From Gemmatimonadota bacterium (GTDB lineage Bacteria; Gemmatimonadota; Gemmatimonadetes; Gemmatimonadales; Gemmatimonadaceae): a DNA stretch of 64,000 nt. The stretch lies in the NCBI GenBank assembly GCA_040389905.1, contig JAZJZK010000007.1, forward strand, positions 191,492 to 255,491, read 5' to 3'. The notes beneath the pieces are model-generated. The model was not told the origin of the DNA, searched no databases, and was given only the letters and a program-made list of their open reading frames with translations. This document shows, piece by piece, positions 19,705-28,955 of the stretch. Both the position numbers and the translations under genes were made by a program. The first letter of the stretch is position 1, and the number at the start of each line of letters is the position of its first letter.

Positions 19705-20124
19705 ATGAATCGAATCCTGTTGTCGGCTGTCCTTCTGCTTCAATCGGCGAGCCTCGCGCAGGCGCAGGCCGCTCAGCCCAGCAAGCTCGCCGGCGAGTGG
19801 AAGCTGGCATTCAGCGTAGTAAGCAAGACTGAGGAGCCGGAGATGAAGCCGCCGCCGTGGATCACGTTCACCGCTACGGTCGTCCAGGTCGACAGCGCGC
19901 TTGGTGGCGCGATGCGATCGAATGGCCCAACCGGGCAGTTCGGTTGCAAACTTCGAAGTGATGTGTGCGCCGCGGGACGCATGCGGCTCTCGTGGGACGA
20001 ACAGGACTGGCAAGTGTTCGAGTTTCGTTTCGAGCCAGGGTCGGTAACGAAGGGAACAGGACGCGCCGAGATCCGCTTTCCGGACGGGTCCGTCGATAAA
20101 TACACCTTCGTCATGACACGCTAG
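19705..20124 (+). CDS. Hypothetical secreted protein
   Basis: GGAG RBS; signal peptide MNRILLSAVLLL...AQA; LAGEWKL. Confidence 0.7.
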   Translation: MNRILLSAVLLLQSASLAQAQAAQPSKLAGEWKLAFSVVSKTEEPEMKPPPWITFTATVVQVDSALGGAMRSNGPTGQFGCKLRSDVCAAGRMRLSWDEQDWQVFEFRFEPGSVTKGTGRAEIRFPDGSVDKYTFVMTR

Positions 20125-20128
20125 CCTC

Positions 20129-20704
20129 ATGGGAAAAGGTCGACTCGAGGCGTTCAGCGATGGCGTCATCGCCATCCTCATCACGATCATGGTGCTCGAG
20201 CTCAAGGTGCCGCACAGTCCGGACCTTGGTGCGCTCAAGGAGCTGGCTCCGGTGCTTGCGAGCTACGTGCTGAGTTATGTCTACCTGGGCATCTACTGGA
20301 GCAACCACCATCATCTCTTCCACGCGACCAAGACGGTCGACGCGTCGGTACTGTGGGCCAACCTGCACCTGCTGTTCTGGTTGTCGCTGGTTCCGTTCGC
20401 GACCGCGTGGATGGGGGAGAACCACTTTGCCGCGGTGCCCGAAGCGCCGTACGGGTTCGTGCTGCTCATGGCCGCGATCGCGTACTACATCCTCCAGCTG
20501 CGGATCATCCGGCAGCAGGGCCCCGATTCGCTGTTGGCGAAGGCTGTCGGGCGAGATCTCAAAGGGAAGTTGTCGCCGCTCATCTATATCGCGGCGATTC
20601 CCCTGGGATTCGTCAGTCCGTGGTTGGGTGGGGCGCTGTACGTCGTGGTCGCGCTCATGTGGCTGATTCCCGATCGGCGCATCGAGAAGGTGCTCTCGGC
20701 CTAA
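20129..20704 (+). CDS. TMEM175 family (DUF1211) potassium channel
   Basis: RLEAFSDG signature; SYVLS, YWSNHH; about 6 TM segments. Confidence 0.9.
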   Translation: MGKGRLEAFSDGVIAILITIMVLELKVPHSPDLGALKELAPVLASYVLSYVYLGIYWSNHHHLFHATKTVDASVLWANLHLLFWLSLVPFATAWMGENHFAAVPEAPYGFVLLMAAIAYYILQLRIIRQQGPDSLLAKAVGRDLKGKLSPLIYIAAIPLGFVSPWLGGALYVVVALMWLIPDRRIEKVLSA

Positions 20705-20765
20705 ATGGCGTTGACATGGCGGCAATTGCACGGTGTCGGGGCGCCCTCGCTGTGTGTTTGCGCGG

Positions 20766-21038
20766 CACCGTCAAGTGGCGGAATGTTTCTGTGAAATGGC
20801 GGGGTGTTTCTGTGAGGTGGCGGGGCGTTTCTGCGATTTCGCGGAGTGTTTCCGTGACGTCGCCGGGCGCTTCCGAGAGGTGGCGGGGTGCTTCTGTGAG
20901 GCGGCGGGGTGATTCTGTGAGGCGGCGGGGTGATTCTGTGAGTTGGCGGGGTGCTTCTGTGAAATGGCGGGGTGCTTCTGTGAAATGGCGGGGTGCTTCT
21001 GTGAAATGGCGGGCTGCTCCCGGCAGCTGGTTGGGCGT
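20766..21038. repeat. 21-bp tandem repeat array, about 13 units, consensus TTCTGTGARRTGGCGGGGTGY
   Basis: Units start at 20787, 20808, ... 20997 with exact 21-nt period and no indels. Confidence 0.92.
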
Positions 21039-21333
21039 TTCGGCTGGTTGACTGGCGGGAATTTCGATTGACAGAGCGGCAAACCTGTTTGGCCGGCTGA
21101 TACTCGTGGGTGTCCGGCCGTTCTTTCCGCTTTACATGACGTCGCAACTAAGTTCCCGGCCGACCCTTGCGTGTGTCCGGCCGTCATTTCCGGTTGGCAC
21201 GACGGAACGAGTAGCTGGCCGGCGGTCTATCCTGCTTGTCGGCCCGCACAATGCGATTGCCAAGCGGGAACTCTTCAGTGCTCGGAGGGGATTTTCGGGT
21301 TGCCGCGCCGATCTTGGGGTTGCATAGTTCCCA

Positions 21334-21675
21334 ATGCCAACGGTCAGTCAGCACTTCGAGCGTGCGGAACCGCGCGTACGCGCTACGTATGACGCGCTGC
21401 TCGGAATTGCCCGAACACTCGGCGACGTCGTGGAGGACCCGAAGAAAACGTCCATTCACCTGAATCGACGGAGCGCCTTTGCCGGGGTCGCAACGCGCAA
21501 GACCGCGCTGATCCTCACCCTCAAGTCGCCAGTGGAGATCACGAGCCCGCGCATCGGCAAACGAGAGCAAGCGTCGAAAAACCGGTGGCACAACGAGATC
21601 CGGCTCGAATCCGCCGCCGACCTCGATGCTGAGGTCATCGCGTGGTTGAAGCAGTCGTGGGAGATGTCCGCGTAG
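21334..21675 (+). CDS. DUF5655 domain protein
   Basis: PKKTSIHL.RR.AFAG; RWH.EIRL...D.EV..WL..S. Confidence 0.75.
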   Translation: MPTVSQHFERAEPRVRATYDALLGIARTLGDVVEDPKKTSIHLNRRSAFAGVATRKTALILTLKSPVEITSPRIGKREQASKNRWHNEIRLESAADLDAEVIAWLKQSWEMSA

Positions 21676-21717
21676 CTCACCATAGCGAGCGCTCCGACCG
21701 CGCCGCATCATTCCCCG

Positions 21718-22314
21718 ATGACCCCGACGCCGACGTCCGTCATGGGAGCACCGCGCCGCCACAGCCCCCTGCTTCAGGCAGTTGGGCGGATTGCCATGCG
21801 CGTCGGCGGCTGGCGCTTCGAGGGCGCGCTCCCCGAATTGCCCAAATTCATCATCATCGTCGCCCCGCATACGTCGAACTGGGATTTCCCGGTTGGCGTA
21901 GCGGCGATGTTTGCGCTCGACCTCCGGATCCACTGGTTCGGCAAGGACAGTCTCTTCAAACCGCCCCACGGTTTCCTGTTCAAGGTCCTCGGCGGACGCG
22001 GCATCCGGCGCGACACGCGGGAAGGCGTGGTCGCCGAAATGGCTGCCGTCGTGCGCGCTGAGCCGCAATTCCTTCTCGCACTTGCGCCGGAAGGCACGAG
22101 GAAGCGTGTCGCCCAATGGCGCTCCGGTTTTTATCACATCGCCGAGGCCGCCGACGTCCCGATCGTTCCGGTGTGGTTTGACTACCGCACGAAAGTCATC
22201 GGCATTCAACCGCCCATGCGAGCCAGCGGGAATATCGACGCGGATTTCGCGACGTTGCAGGCGCTGTTTCGGCCGGAAATGGCGAAGCGGCCGGACGGAT
22301 TCTGGGGGCCATAG
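21718..22314 (+). CDS. Lysophospholipid/1-acyl-G3P acyltransferase family
   Basis: APHTSNWD (HX4D), APEGTR, GFYHIA. Confidence 0.88.
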   Translation: MTPTPTSVMGAPRRHSPLLQAVGRIAMRVGGWRFEGALPELPKFIIIVAPHTSNWDFPVGVAAMFALDLRIHWFGKDSLFKPPHGFLFKVLGGRGIRRDTREGVVAEMAAVVRAEPQFLLALAPEGTRKRVAQWRSGFYHIAEAADVPIVPVWFDYRTKVIGIQPPMRASGNIDADFATLQALFRPEMAKRPDGFWGP

Positions 22315-22384
22315 CCGGCCGTTGTCGGCGCCGTATCCAGCCTGCTTCTCGTGGGTGCTAAGTTGTTTGATGCTTCAGGATTCC

Positions 22385-23230
22385 GTGTCAGAAACAACCT
22401 CGCCACAAACGGACGATATTCCCGACCTGCCGGGGGTGGTTCACACCATCACCGGCGACGTGCGGACGCATGAGAATTTCCACTCCCGCCACCTCGAGCA
22501 CGATCGCGCGATCATCGTCTACCTGCCTCCCGGCTACGACGTCGATGACGCGACGCGGTATCCGGTGCTCTACCTGCACGACGGCCAGAATATCTTCGAT
22601 CGAGCCACCGCGTTCGGTGAGGAGTGGCACGTTGACGAGTCGGCACAGGAGCTCATTTCGGCGGGTGACATCGAGCCGTTGATCATCGTCGGCATCTACA
22701 ATACCGGCGAGTTCCGCGTTGACGAGTATACGCCGACAGCCGAGCGTGAGAAGGGCAGGGGCGGGCATGCCGACGACTACGGTCGTATGCTCATCGAGGA
22801 GCTCAAGCCGTTCATCGATAGCACGTACAAAACGCTCCCGAGCGCGCACAGCACCGCGCTCGGCGGCTCGTCGCTCGGCGGGTTGGTGACGTTGCACCTC
22901 GGCCTGCGCTATCCCATGGCCTTCAGCCGCCTCGCGGTCCTTTCGCCCTCGGTCTGGTGGGACGATCGCGTGGTCCTCCGCGAGGTCGAGGACCTCTCGG
23001 AAAAGCTGCCCCTTCGGATCTGGCTTGACGCCGGCACTGCGGAGGGTTCCGATACGATTCAGAACGCCCGTGACCTCCGCGACGCGCTGGTTGCGAAGGG
23101 TTGGGCCATCGGCGACGATCTTGCGTACCTCGAGGCCGAAGGCGGAGAACACAACGAAGCAAGCTGGGGCGCGCGCGTCGCACCGCTCTTGAAGTTCCTC
23201 TTTCCACCCACTCCGAGCCCGGCCCACTGA
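22385..23230 (+). CDS. Alpha/beta hydrolase, putative esterase
   Basis: VYLPPGY, YPVLYLHDGQN, GGSSLGG nucleophile, GEHNE..W; GTG start after AGGA. Confidence 0.88.
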   Translation: MSETTSPQTDDIPDLPGVVHTITGDVRTHENFHSRHLEHDRAIIVYLPPGYDVDDATRYPVLYLHDGQNIFDRATAFGEEWHVDESAQELISAGDIEPLIIVGIYNTGEFRVDEYTPTAEREKGRGGHADDYGRMLIEELKPFIDSTYKTLPSAHSTALGGSSLGGLVTLHLGLRYPMAFSRLAVLSPSVWWDDRVVLREVEDLSEKLPLRIWLDAGTAEGSDTIQNARDLRDALVAKGWAIGDDLAYLEAEGGEHNEASWGARVAPLLKFLFPPTPSPAH

Positions 23231-23949
23231 TGCATCGCGAACACATTCGCTGGTACAGCCCCCGCCTCGAGCGGGACATGCAGCTTCTGGTGTTCGGGCA
23301 TGCCGGCGCCCGCGTTCTCGTTTTTCCGAGCTCGATGGGCAAGTTCTTCGAGTGGGAAGACCAAGGCATGATCGGCGCGCTGAGCGAACATCTCGAGCGC
23401 GGCTGGATCCAGCTCTACTGCGTGGATAGCGTCGACTCCGACAGCTGGTACGCCAAGTGGAAGCATCCCGCCGATCGCGCGCGCTACCACGCCCGCTACG
23501 ATGCATACCTGCTCAACGAAGTCCTCCCGTTGACGCAGAACATGAATCCGAACCCGTTCCTGATCACGACCGGCGCGAGCTTCGGCGCCTACCACGCGCT
23601 GTCATTTGCGTTGCGGTACCCGCATCTCGTCGGCCGGGCGATCGGGTTGAGCGGCGTCTACGACATCCGCGAGGTGACGGACGGCTATACGGACGAACAG
23701 GTCTATCCGTACAACCCAGCGGAATTCATCCTCGGCGAAACGGACCGGGATCGCCTCGCCGCCATGGAACGGATGGACATCATTCTCGCGATTGGTCGCG
23801 ACGATTCGTTGCGCGGGAATAGCGAGTACTTTTCGGGGCGACTGTGGTCAAAGGGCGTCTGGCATGCACTCCGCATTTGGGACGGTTGGGCGCACGATTG
23901 GCCGTATTGGCGGCAGATGATTGCGCGGTACATCGGTGGATCTGACTAA
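23230..23949 (+). CDS. Alpha/beta hydrolase, putative esterase (amidoligase-cluster type)
   Basis: FGHAG..VLVFP, TGASFGAY, HDWPYW; TGATG overlap with upstream gene. Confidence 0.85.
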   Translation: MHREHIRWYSPRLERDMQLLVFGHAGARVLVFPSSMGKFFEWEDQGMIGALSEHLERGWIQLYCVDSVDSDSWYAKWKHPADRARYHARYDAYLLNEVLPLTQNMNPNPFLITTGASFGAYHALSFALRYPHLVGRAIGLSGVYDIREVTDGYTDEQVYPYNPAEFILGETDRDRLAAMERMDIILAIGRDDSLRGNSEYFSGRLWSKGVWHALRIWDGWAHDWPYWRQMIARYIGGSD

Positions 23950-23957
23950 ACCAAAAA

Positions 23958-24093
23958 GCCTTACCACAGAGGACACAGAGGACACAGAGGACACAGAGGA
24001 GAGCATCCTGCATTCCAATAAACCGTGGATTTGGCGGGCCTCCAGTGAATGACGCAGTCCTCCGTGACCTCTGTGTCCTCTGTGGTTCAAGGC
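23958..24093. repeat. Palindromic element with tandem 9-mer (ACAGAGGAC) inverted arms
   Basis: ACCACAGAGGACACAGAGGACACAGAGGACACAGAGG ... CCTCCGTGACCTCTGTGTCCTCTGTGGT. Confidence 0.85.
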
Positions 24094-24180
24094 AGTTGTC
24101 CGCACGCTGTAATACTCGGAGTGGCTCTTTCATTGAATCAATGCCCACTCGGCGTTTCCAAACTCAATCGGAACCGTGTT

Positions 24181-25113
24181 ATGCTGAAAGTCGGTCTGCT
24201 CGTCGGGCGCGAATGGTCCTTTCCCCCGGCATTCATTGATGAAGTCGCGCGTCGCAATGAGGGAGTCGAGGTCGAGTTCATCAAGCTCGGCGGCACGTCG
24301 ATGGACGAGCCGGTACCGTACTCGGTGATCGTCGACCGCATCTCGCACGAGATCGGCTACTACCGCACGTACCTCAAGCACGCCGTGCTTCAGGGTGTCA
24401 CGGTGGTGAATAACCCCTTCATGTGGTCGGCCGACGACAAGCTCTTCGACGCGTCGCTGGCCACGAAGCTCGGCGTTGCGAGCCCGAAGACGATCGCGCT
24501 GCCGAACAAGGAGTACATCCCTGGCATCAAGCACGATGAGAGTCTGCGGAACCTCCAGTACCCGCTCGACTGGCAGGCCATCGTGGACCACATCGGCATG
24601 CCGTGCATCCTGAAGGACGCGCATGGCGGCGGGTGGCGCGATGTCTATGTCTGCAAGACAATGGACGAGCTGATCGCGGCGTACAATGATTCGGGGCTGC
24701 TCACGATGATCATTCAGGAATTCATCGAGTGGGACCAGTTCATTCGATGCATGTCGCTCGGCCAGCGCGAAGTGCTGTGCATGAAGTACGATCCGAAGAA
24801 CCGCTGCTATGTGGTCGAGGAAGGACATCTGAGTCCGGAGCTCGATGCACGGATCAAGAAGGACAGCCTCACGCTCATGCGTGCGCTTGGCTACGACATG
24901 TGCTCGCTCGAGTTCGCGGTTCGCGATGGCATTCCCTACGCCATCGACTTCATGAACCCCGCGCCGGACATGGACATCAATTCACTCACGCCGCATTACT
25001 TCGATTGGGTGCTGAAGGGAATGGCGGACCTCGTGATCCGGCTGGCGAAGGAGAACAAGGCGCAGCGCGATGCGAGCAAGGGTGAGTTTCTGCTCGGCCG
25101 GCGAGAGGGCTGA
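24181..25113 (+). CDS. ATP-grasp amidoligase (RimK/glutathione-synthetase-like)
   Basis: VVNNPF, DDK, PCILK..HGGGW, IIQEFI, EFAVRDG.PYAIDFMNP. Confidence 0.85.
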   Translation: MLKVGLLVGREWSFPPAFIDEVARRNEGVEVEFIKLGGTSMDEPVPYSVIVDRISHEIGYYRTYLKHAVLQGVTVVNNPFMWSADDKLFDASLATKLGVASPKTIALPNKEYIPGIKHDESLRNLQYPLDWQAIVDHIGMPCILKDAHGGGWRDVYVCKTMDELIAAYNDSGLLTMIIQEFIEWDQFIRCMSLGQREVLCMKYDPKNRCYVVEEGHLSPELDARIKKDSLTLMRALGYDMCSLEFAVRDGIPYAIDFMNPAPDMDINSLTPHYFDWVLKGMADLVIRLAKENKAQRDASKGEFLLGRREG

Positions 25114-26462
25114 TGCTCCGAGACGGCGTCGACCTGTACCACACACTGCTCACCGACGACATCGGCGGTGAGACGCAGCGGCAGCTCGACCAACAGCTGC
25201 GTGACAGAGGATTGTTCTTCGGCGACCGCGCCCTGTGCACCGTGCTGCGTCCGCGATTCCTCTCGGCTGCGCAATACAAGTTCCTCCAGAAGCGCGGCGC
25301 GGTGGTGTTGCGTGCCTTTCGCAAGGCGCACCGCGCCGCGCTCACCGATGCCGCCGTGCTGGAGCAGTTCGGCATGCTCGATTGGGAGCGCTCGCTCGTG
25401 CACGTGCCAACCGGCTTCCGGGACTCGAGCCCCGTGTCGCGGCTGGACGCGTTCTTCGTCACGGACGCTGGCGGGATGCGCTTTACAGAGTACAACGCCG
25501 AGACGCCGGCGGGTGGTGGGTACAACGATGTTCTGACGGAAGTCTTTTACGGGCTTCCGATCATGCGCGCCTTCCTTCGCACGTGGGACGTTCGCCCACT
25601 GCCCGCTCGGCACAACGTGCTGCATGCGCTGCTCGATGCGTTCGAACAGTGGTCAGGCCGGCGCGAGAAGCCGCGCGTGACGATCGTCGATTGGGCCGAT
25701 GTCCCGACGCAGAGCGAGTTCCTGCTGTTCCAGGACTACTTCATCCGCCAGGGCATTCCCTGCGACATCATCGATCCCGCGGAGGTGACGTACGCCAACG
25801 GTGTACTCTCCGGGCCGCATGGAACGATCGAGTTGATCTACAAGCGTGTGTTGCTGCACGAACTCGTGGAGCGCGGTGGCCTCGATCATCCGATTCTGCG
25901 CGCGTTCCGTGACGGCAAGGTGTGCATGGTGAATCCGCCGGCGTGCAAGATCCTGCACAAGAAGTCGAGTCTCGCGGTGCTGCATGACGAGGCCAACGCA
26001 TATCTCTTCGACGCGGAGGAGCGTGAGGCGATCGATCTCTCCATTCCGTGGACTCGCGTTGTGCGTGAACGGAAGACGACGCATTCCGGCGCGATCGTGG
26101 ATTTGCTGCCGTTCATGGCCGAGCATCGCGAGCAACTCGTGCTCAAGCCGAACGATGATTACGGTGGGAAGGGAATCGTGCTCGGCTGGGAGGTCGACGA
26201 CGCCGGTTGGGCGTCGGCGATCGCGACGGCACTCCGCGAGCCGTACATCGTGCAGCAACGGATCGAGCTGCCCAAGGAAGACTATCCGAGTTTCGTCGAC
26301 GACAAGGTCATGCTGATCGAACGGATGGTGGACACAGCGCCGTATGTCGCGTACGGTGATCATGTGGATGGCGTCCTGTCGCGACTTGGTACAGCGTCGC
26401 TACTCAACGTCACGGCCGGCGGCGGGAGTCAAACGCCGACGTTCATCGCAGAAAAGAGATGA
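25113..26462 (+). CDS. Circularly permuted ATP-grasp ligase
   Basis: RLDAF, EYNAETPAG, LVLKP.DDYGGKGIVLG, YIVQ, NVTAGG; TGATG coupling. Confidence 0.82.
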   Translation: MLRDGVDLYHTLLTDDIGGETQRQLDQQLRDRGLFFGDRALCTVLRPRFLSAAQYKFLQKRGAVVLRAFRKAHRAALTDAAVLEQFGMLDWERSLVHVPTGFRDSSPVSRLDAFFVTDAGGMRFTEYNAETPAGGGYNDVLTEVFYGLPIMRAFLRTWDVRPLPARHNVLHALLDAFEQWSGRREKPRVTIVDWADVPTQSEFLLFQDYFIRQGIPCDIIDPAEVTYANGVLSGPHGTIELIYKRVLLHELVERGGLDHPILRAFRDGKVCMVNPPACKILHKKSSLAVLHDEANAYLFDAEEREAIDLSIPWTRVVRERKTTHSGAIVDLLPFMAEHREQLVLKPNDDYGGKGIVLGWEVDDAGWASAIATALREPYIVQQRIELPKEDYPSFVDDKVMLIERMVDTAPYVAYGDHVDGVLSRLGTASLLNVTAGGGSQTPTFIAEKR

Positions 26463-26507
26463 ACCGGATCGCCTGATCGCGCCGGGCCGCTTTGCAAGAG
26501 ATCGAGG

Positions 26508-26730
26508 AACGGATTTCGCGGATTGTCACGGAAACAGCACGGATTTGAGCAGCGCGCGGGAAGAGTTCTTGCGACCGGCCCAGGATTGTCACCCCGAGGG
26601 AGCGCAGCGAGTCGAGGGATCTGTTCCTCCGTAGTATCCGGTAGTTTCCGTGTAAATCCGTCAAATGTAGAATTTTGTCAGTTGCAGTTCCGCCGTTGCA
26701 GTTCCGCTGTTGCCGCCGCAATCCGTGAAC
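26508..26730. repeat. Palindromic element with ACGGAT/ATCCGT arms enclosing a REP-like unit (26586-26623), plus TTGCAGTTCCGC duplication
   Basis: ACGGATTT, CACGGAAA, CACGGATTT versus TTTCCGTG, AAATCCGT, AATCCGTG. Confidence 0.75.
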
Positions 26731-26753
26731 ATCGTTAAATCCAGGATGCCAAC

Positions 26754-27959
26754 ATGAAGGCCCCATCTCTTACACTCGGCATCGAAGAAGAATATCAAAT
26801 CATCGATCCGGAAACTCGCGAGCTGAAGTCGTACATCACCGAGATCCTTTCCGGTGATTCGATGATTCTCGACGAGGTGAAGCCGGAGCTTCACCAATCG
26901 ATGGTCGAGATCGGGAGCAAGGTCTGCAAGACGCCGCAGGACGTGCGCGAGGAACTCGTGCGTCTGCGCGGCCTCGTCATGGATCTCGCTGGAAAGAACG
27001 GGCTCGTCATTGCGGCCGCGGGGACTCACCCGTTCTCACTGTGGACGAAGCAGGAGATCACGCCGCTCGAGCGATACGCTGGGGTGAAGCAGGATCTCCA
27101 GGATCTCGCACAACAGCTTCTCATCTTCGGCACACACATCCACGTCGGTATCGAAGACCGCGACTTCCTCATCGAAGCGATGAACGTGTCGCGATACTTA
27201 CTTCCGCATGTGCTCGCGCTGTCCACGAGCTCTCCCTTCTGGCAGGGTCGCCGAACCGGGCTGAAGTCCTATCGCAGCATCGTGTTCCGGAATTTTCCGC
27301 GCACCGGCGTGCCCCCGATCCTCCGCTCGTACGCCGAGTATGAGGAGCTGCTCGATACACTCGTGGGCACGGGATGTATTCCGAATGGATCGAAGATCTG
27401 GTGGGACGCTCGTCCGCATCATGCCTACCCGACGCTCGAATTCCGCGTCTGCGATGTCTGCACGCGTGTGGACGAGGCCGTGTGTCTCGCCGCGATCTTG
27501 CAGGCGATCGTGGCAAAGATCTGGAAGCTCCGCCGCGACAACCTGACCTTCCGGTTGTACCCGCAGGCGTTGATCGACGAGAACAAATGGCGCGCCGTGC
27601 GCTTTGGCCTGGACGGAAAGATGATAGATTTCGGACGTGAACAGGAAGCGCCCGCACGCGAGCTGCTCACGGAAATGCTGGAATGGTTCGTGGACGACGT
27701 CGTCGATGAGTTGGGAAGCCGCAAGGAGGTGGAGTATGCCTTCCACATCATGCGCGGCGGTACGAGCGCAGACCGGCAGCTTGCGATCTATGAAAGCACG
27801 CGCGATCTGCGGGCCGTCGTCGATCGGGTCGTGTCGGAGACGGCGGAAGGAGTACGGCCGGAAATTGCGCAGGTATTTGCCGCCCGCGTTGCCGACGGCG
27901 CGCCCCATCGCGCCACGCTCAGTGGCGAGATGGCACCAGATACCTTGGCTGTGTCGTAA
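26754..27959 (+). CDS. Carboxylate-amine ligase, glutamate-cysteine ligase family 2 (YbdK-like)
   Basis: TLGIEEEYQ, GTHP, FGTHIHVG, SSPFW, WWDARP, TLEFRVCD. Confidence 0.92.
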   Translation: MKAPSLTLGIEEEYQIIDPETRELKSYITEILSGDSMILDEVKPELHQSMVEIGSKVCKTPQDVREELVRLRGLVMDLAGKNGLVIAAAGTHPFSLWTKQEITPLERYAGVKQDLQDLAQQLLIFGTHIHVGIEDRDFLIEAMNVSRYLLPHVLALSTSSPFWQGRRTGLKSYRSIVFRNFPRTGVPPILRSYAEYEELLDTLVGTGCIPNGSKIWWDARPHHAYPTLEFRVCDVCTRVDEAVCLAAILQAIVAKIWKLRRDNLTFRLYPQALIDENKWRAVRFGLDGKMIDFGREQEAPARELLTEMLEWFVDDVVDELGSRKEVEYAFHIMRGGTSADRQLAIYESTRDLRAVVDRVVSETAEGVRPEIAQVFAARVADGAPHRATLSGEMAPDTLAVS

Positions 27960-27989
27960 AGAGGTTGGCCCAGCAATCGCTCTCTGCAC

Positions 27990-28161
27990 AGCGGAAACGG
28001 CAACAGCAGTCAACCACAGAGGACACAGAGAACACAGAGGACGGCACGAGTCCTTCTCGACATTGATGCTGTGTTTTGTCCGCGCCACGACCTGCCCGTT
28101 GTCCTCCGTGTCCTCCGTGTCCTCCGTGGTTAATTTGTTTGTTGTTACTGCACCTTCCGCT
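27990..28161. repeat. Palindromic element with tandem 9-mer inverted arms
   Basis: AACCACAGAGGACACAGAGAACACAGAGGAC ... GTCCTCCGTGTCCTCCGTGTCCTCCGTGGTT; outer AGCGGAA/TTCCGCT. Confidence 0.85.
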
Positions 28162-28175
28162 TTCACAGAAATACA

Positions 28176-28955
28176 GTGGCATCACAGCGAACCCGCCGGC
28201 CAGTCGTCGGCATCCCGACTCAAACCCTTCAGAGCCTCGGCGGCGTCTCAAGCGAGATTCCGGCCTCGTGGGTGATGAGCCAGCGGTACATCCTCACGCT
28301 CACCGCGGCGGGGGCCATTCCGTGGATGATCCCGCTCGTCGACGACGATACGCTGCACGGCGTCTACGAAGAACTGGATGCGGTGTTCCTGCCCGGTGGA
28401 GCGGACATCGATCCGTTCACGTACGGCGCGGCACCGCATCCGTTGTGCGACAAGACCGACCGAGAGCGCGACCGTGTGGAAGTCGCGTTGGCCAAATGGG
28501 CGCTCGAGGAAGACAAGCCCGTACTCGGCGTCTGTCGCGGCATGCAGCTCATCAACGTGGCGGCCGGTGGCACGCTGTATCAGGATCTCGCCGAGGAGCT
28601 GCCGGGCGCGATCAAGCACGATTACTTCCCCTTCAGCGGCCAGCACTTTTCGCGCGACTATCTGGCACATGAGGTTGATGTGACGGCGGGATCGCGACTC
28701 GCCGAGCTCGTTGGAGCCGGGCCGCTCCGCGTGAACAGCATGCATCATCAGGGCATTCGCGAGCTGGGTGTCGGCCTCGTGGCAACGGCGGAAGCACCGG
28801 ACGGACTCATCGAGGCAATCGAAGGAATCGACGACAGCTATCTGGTCGCCGTGCAGTGGCATCCGGAGGCGTTGACCGACAACGACGAACGGACGCGCAA
28901 GCTCTTCACCGATTTCATCGACGCCGGCGCTGACTGGAGCCGCGGGCACGCGTGA
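28176..28955 (+). CDS. Gamma-glutamyl-gamma-aminobutyrate hydrolase family (peptidase C26, PuuD-like)
   Basis: LPGGADIDP, GVCRGMQ (catalytic Cys), VNSMHHQ, VQWHPE. Confidence 0.9.
   Translation: MASQRTRRPVVGIPTQTLQSLGGVSSEIPASWVMSQRYILTLTAAGAIPWMIPLVDDDTLHGVYEELDAVFLPGGADIDPFTYGAAPHPLCDKTDRERDRVEVALAKWALEEDKPVLGVCRGMQLINVAAGGTLYQDLAEELPGAIKHDYFPFSGQHFSRDYLAHEVDVTAGSRLAELVGAGPLRVNSMHHQGIRELGVGLVATAEAPDGLIEAIEGIDDSYLVAVQWHPEALTDNDERTRKLFTDFIDAGADWSRGHA

Noticed and set aside
20775..21017. Plus-frame Cys-rich FCEMAGC repeats as a RiPP precursor
   Set aside because: Interrupted by in-frame TGA at 20910 and 20931; no maturase nearby
20766..21038. 21-bp array as a CRISPR array
   Set aside because: Units are contiguous with no unique spacers, and no cas genes are present
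23958..28161. Hairpin elements with unique loops as CRISPR-like repeat-spacer units
   Set aside because: Arms are inverted and dispersed singly between genes, not arrayed direct repeats
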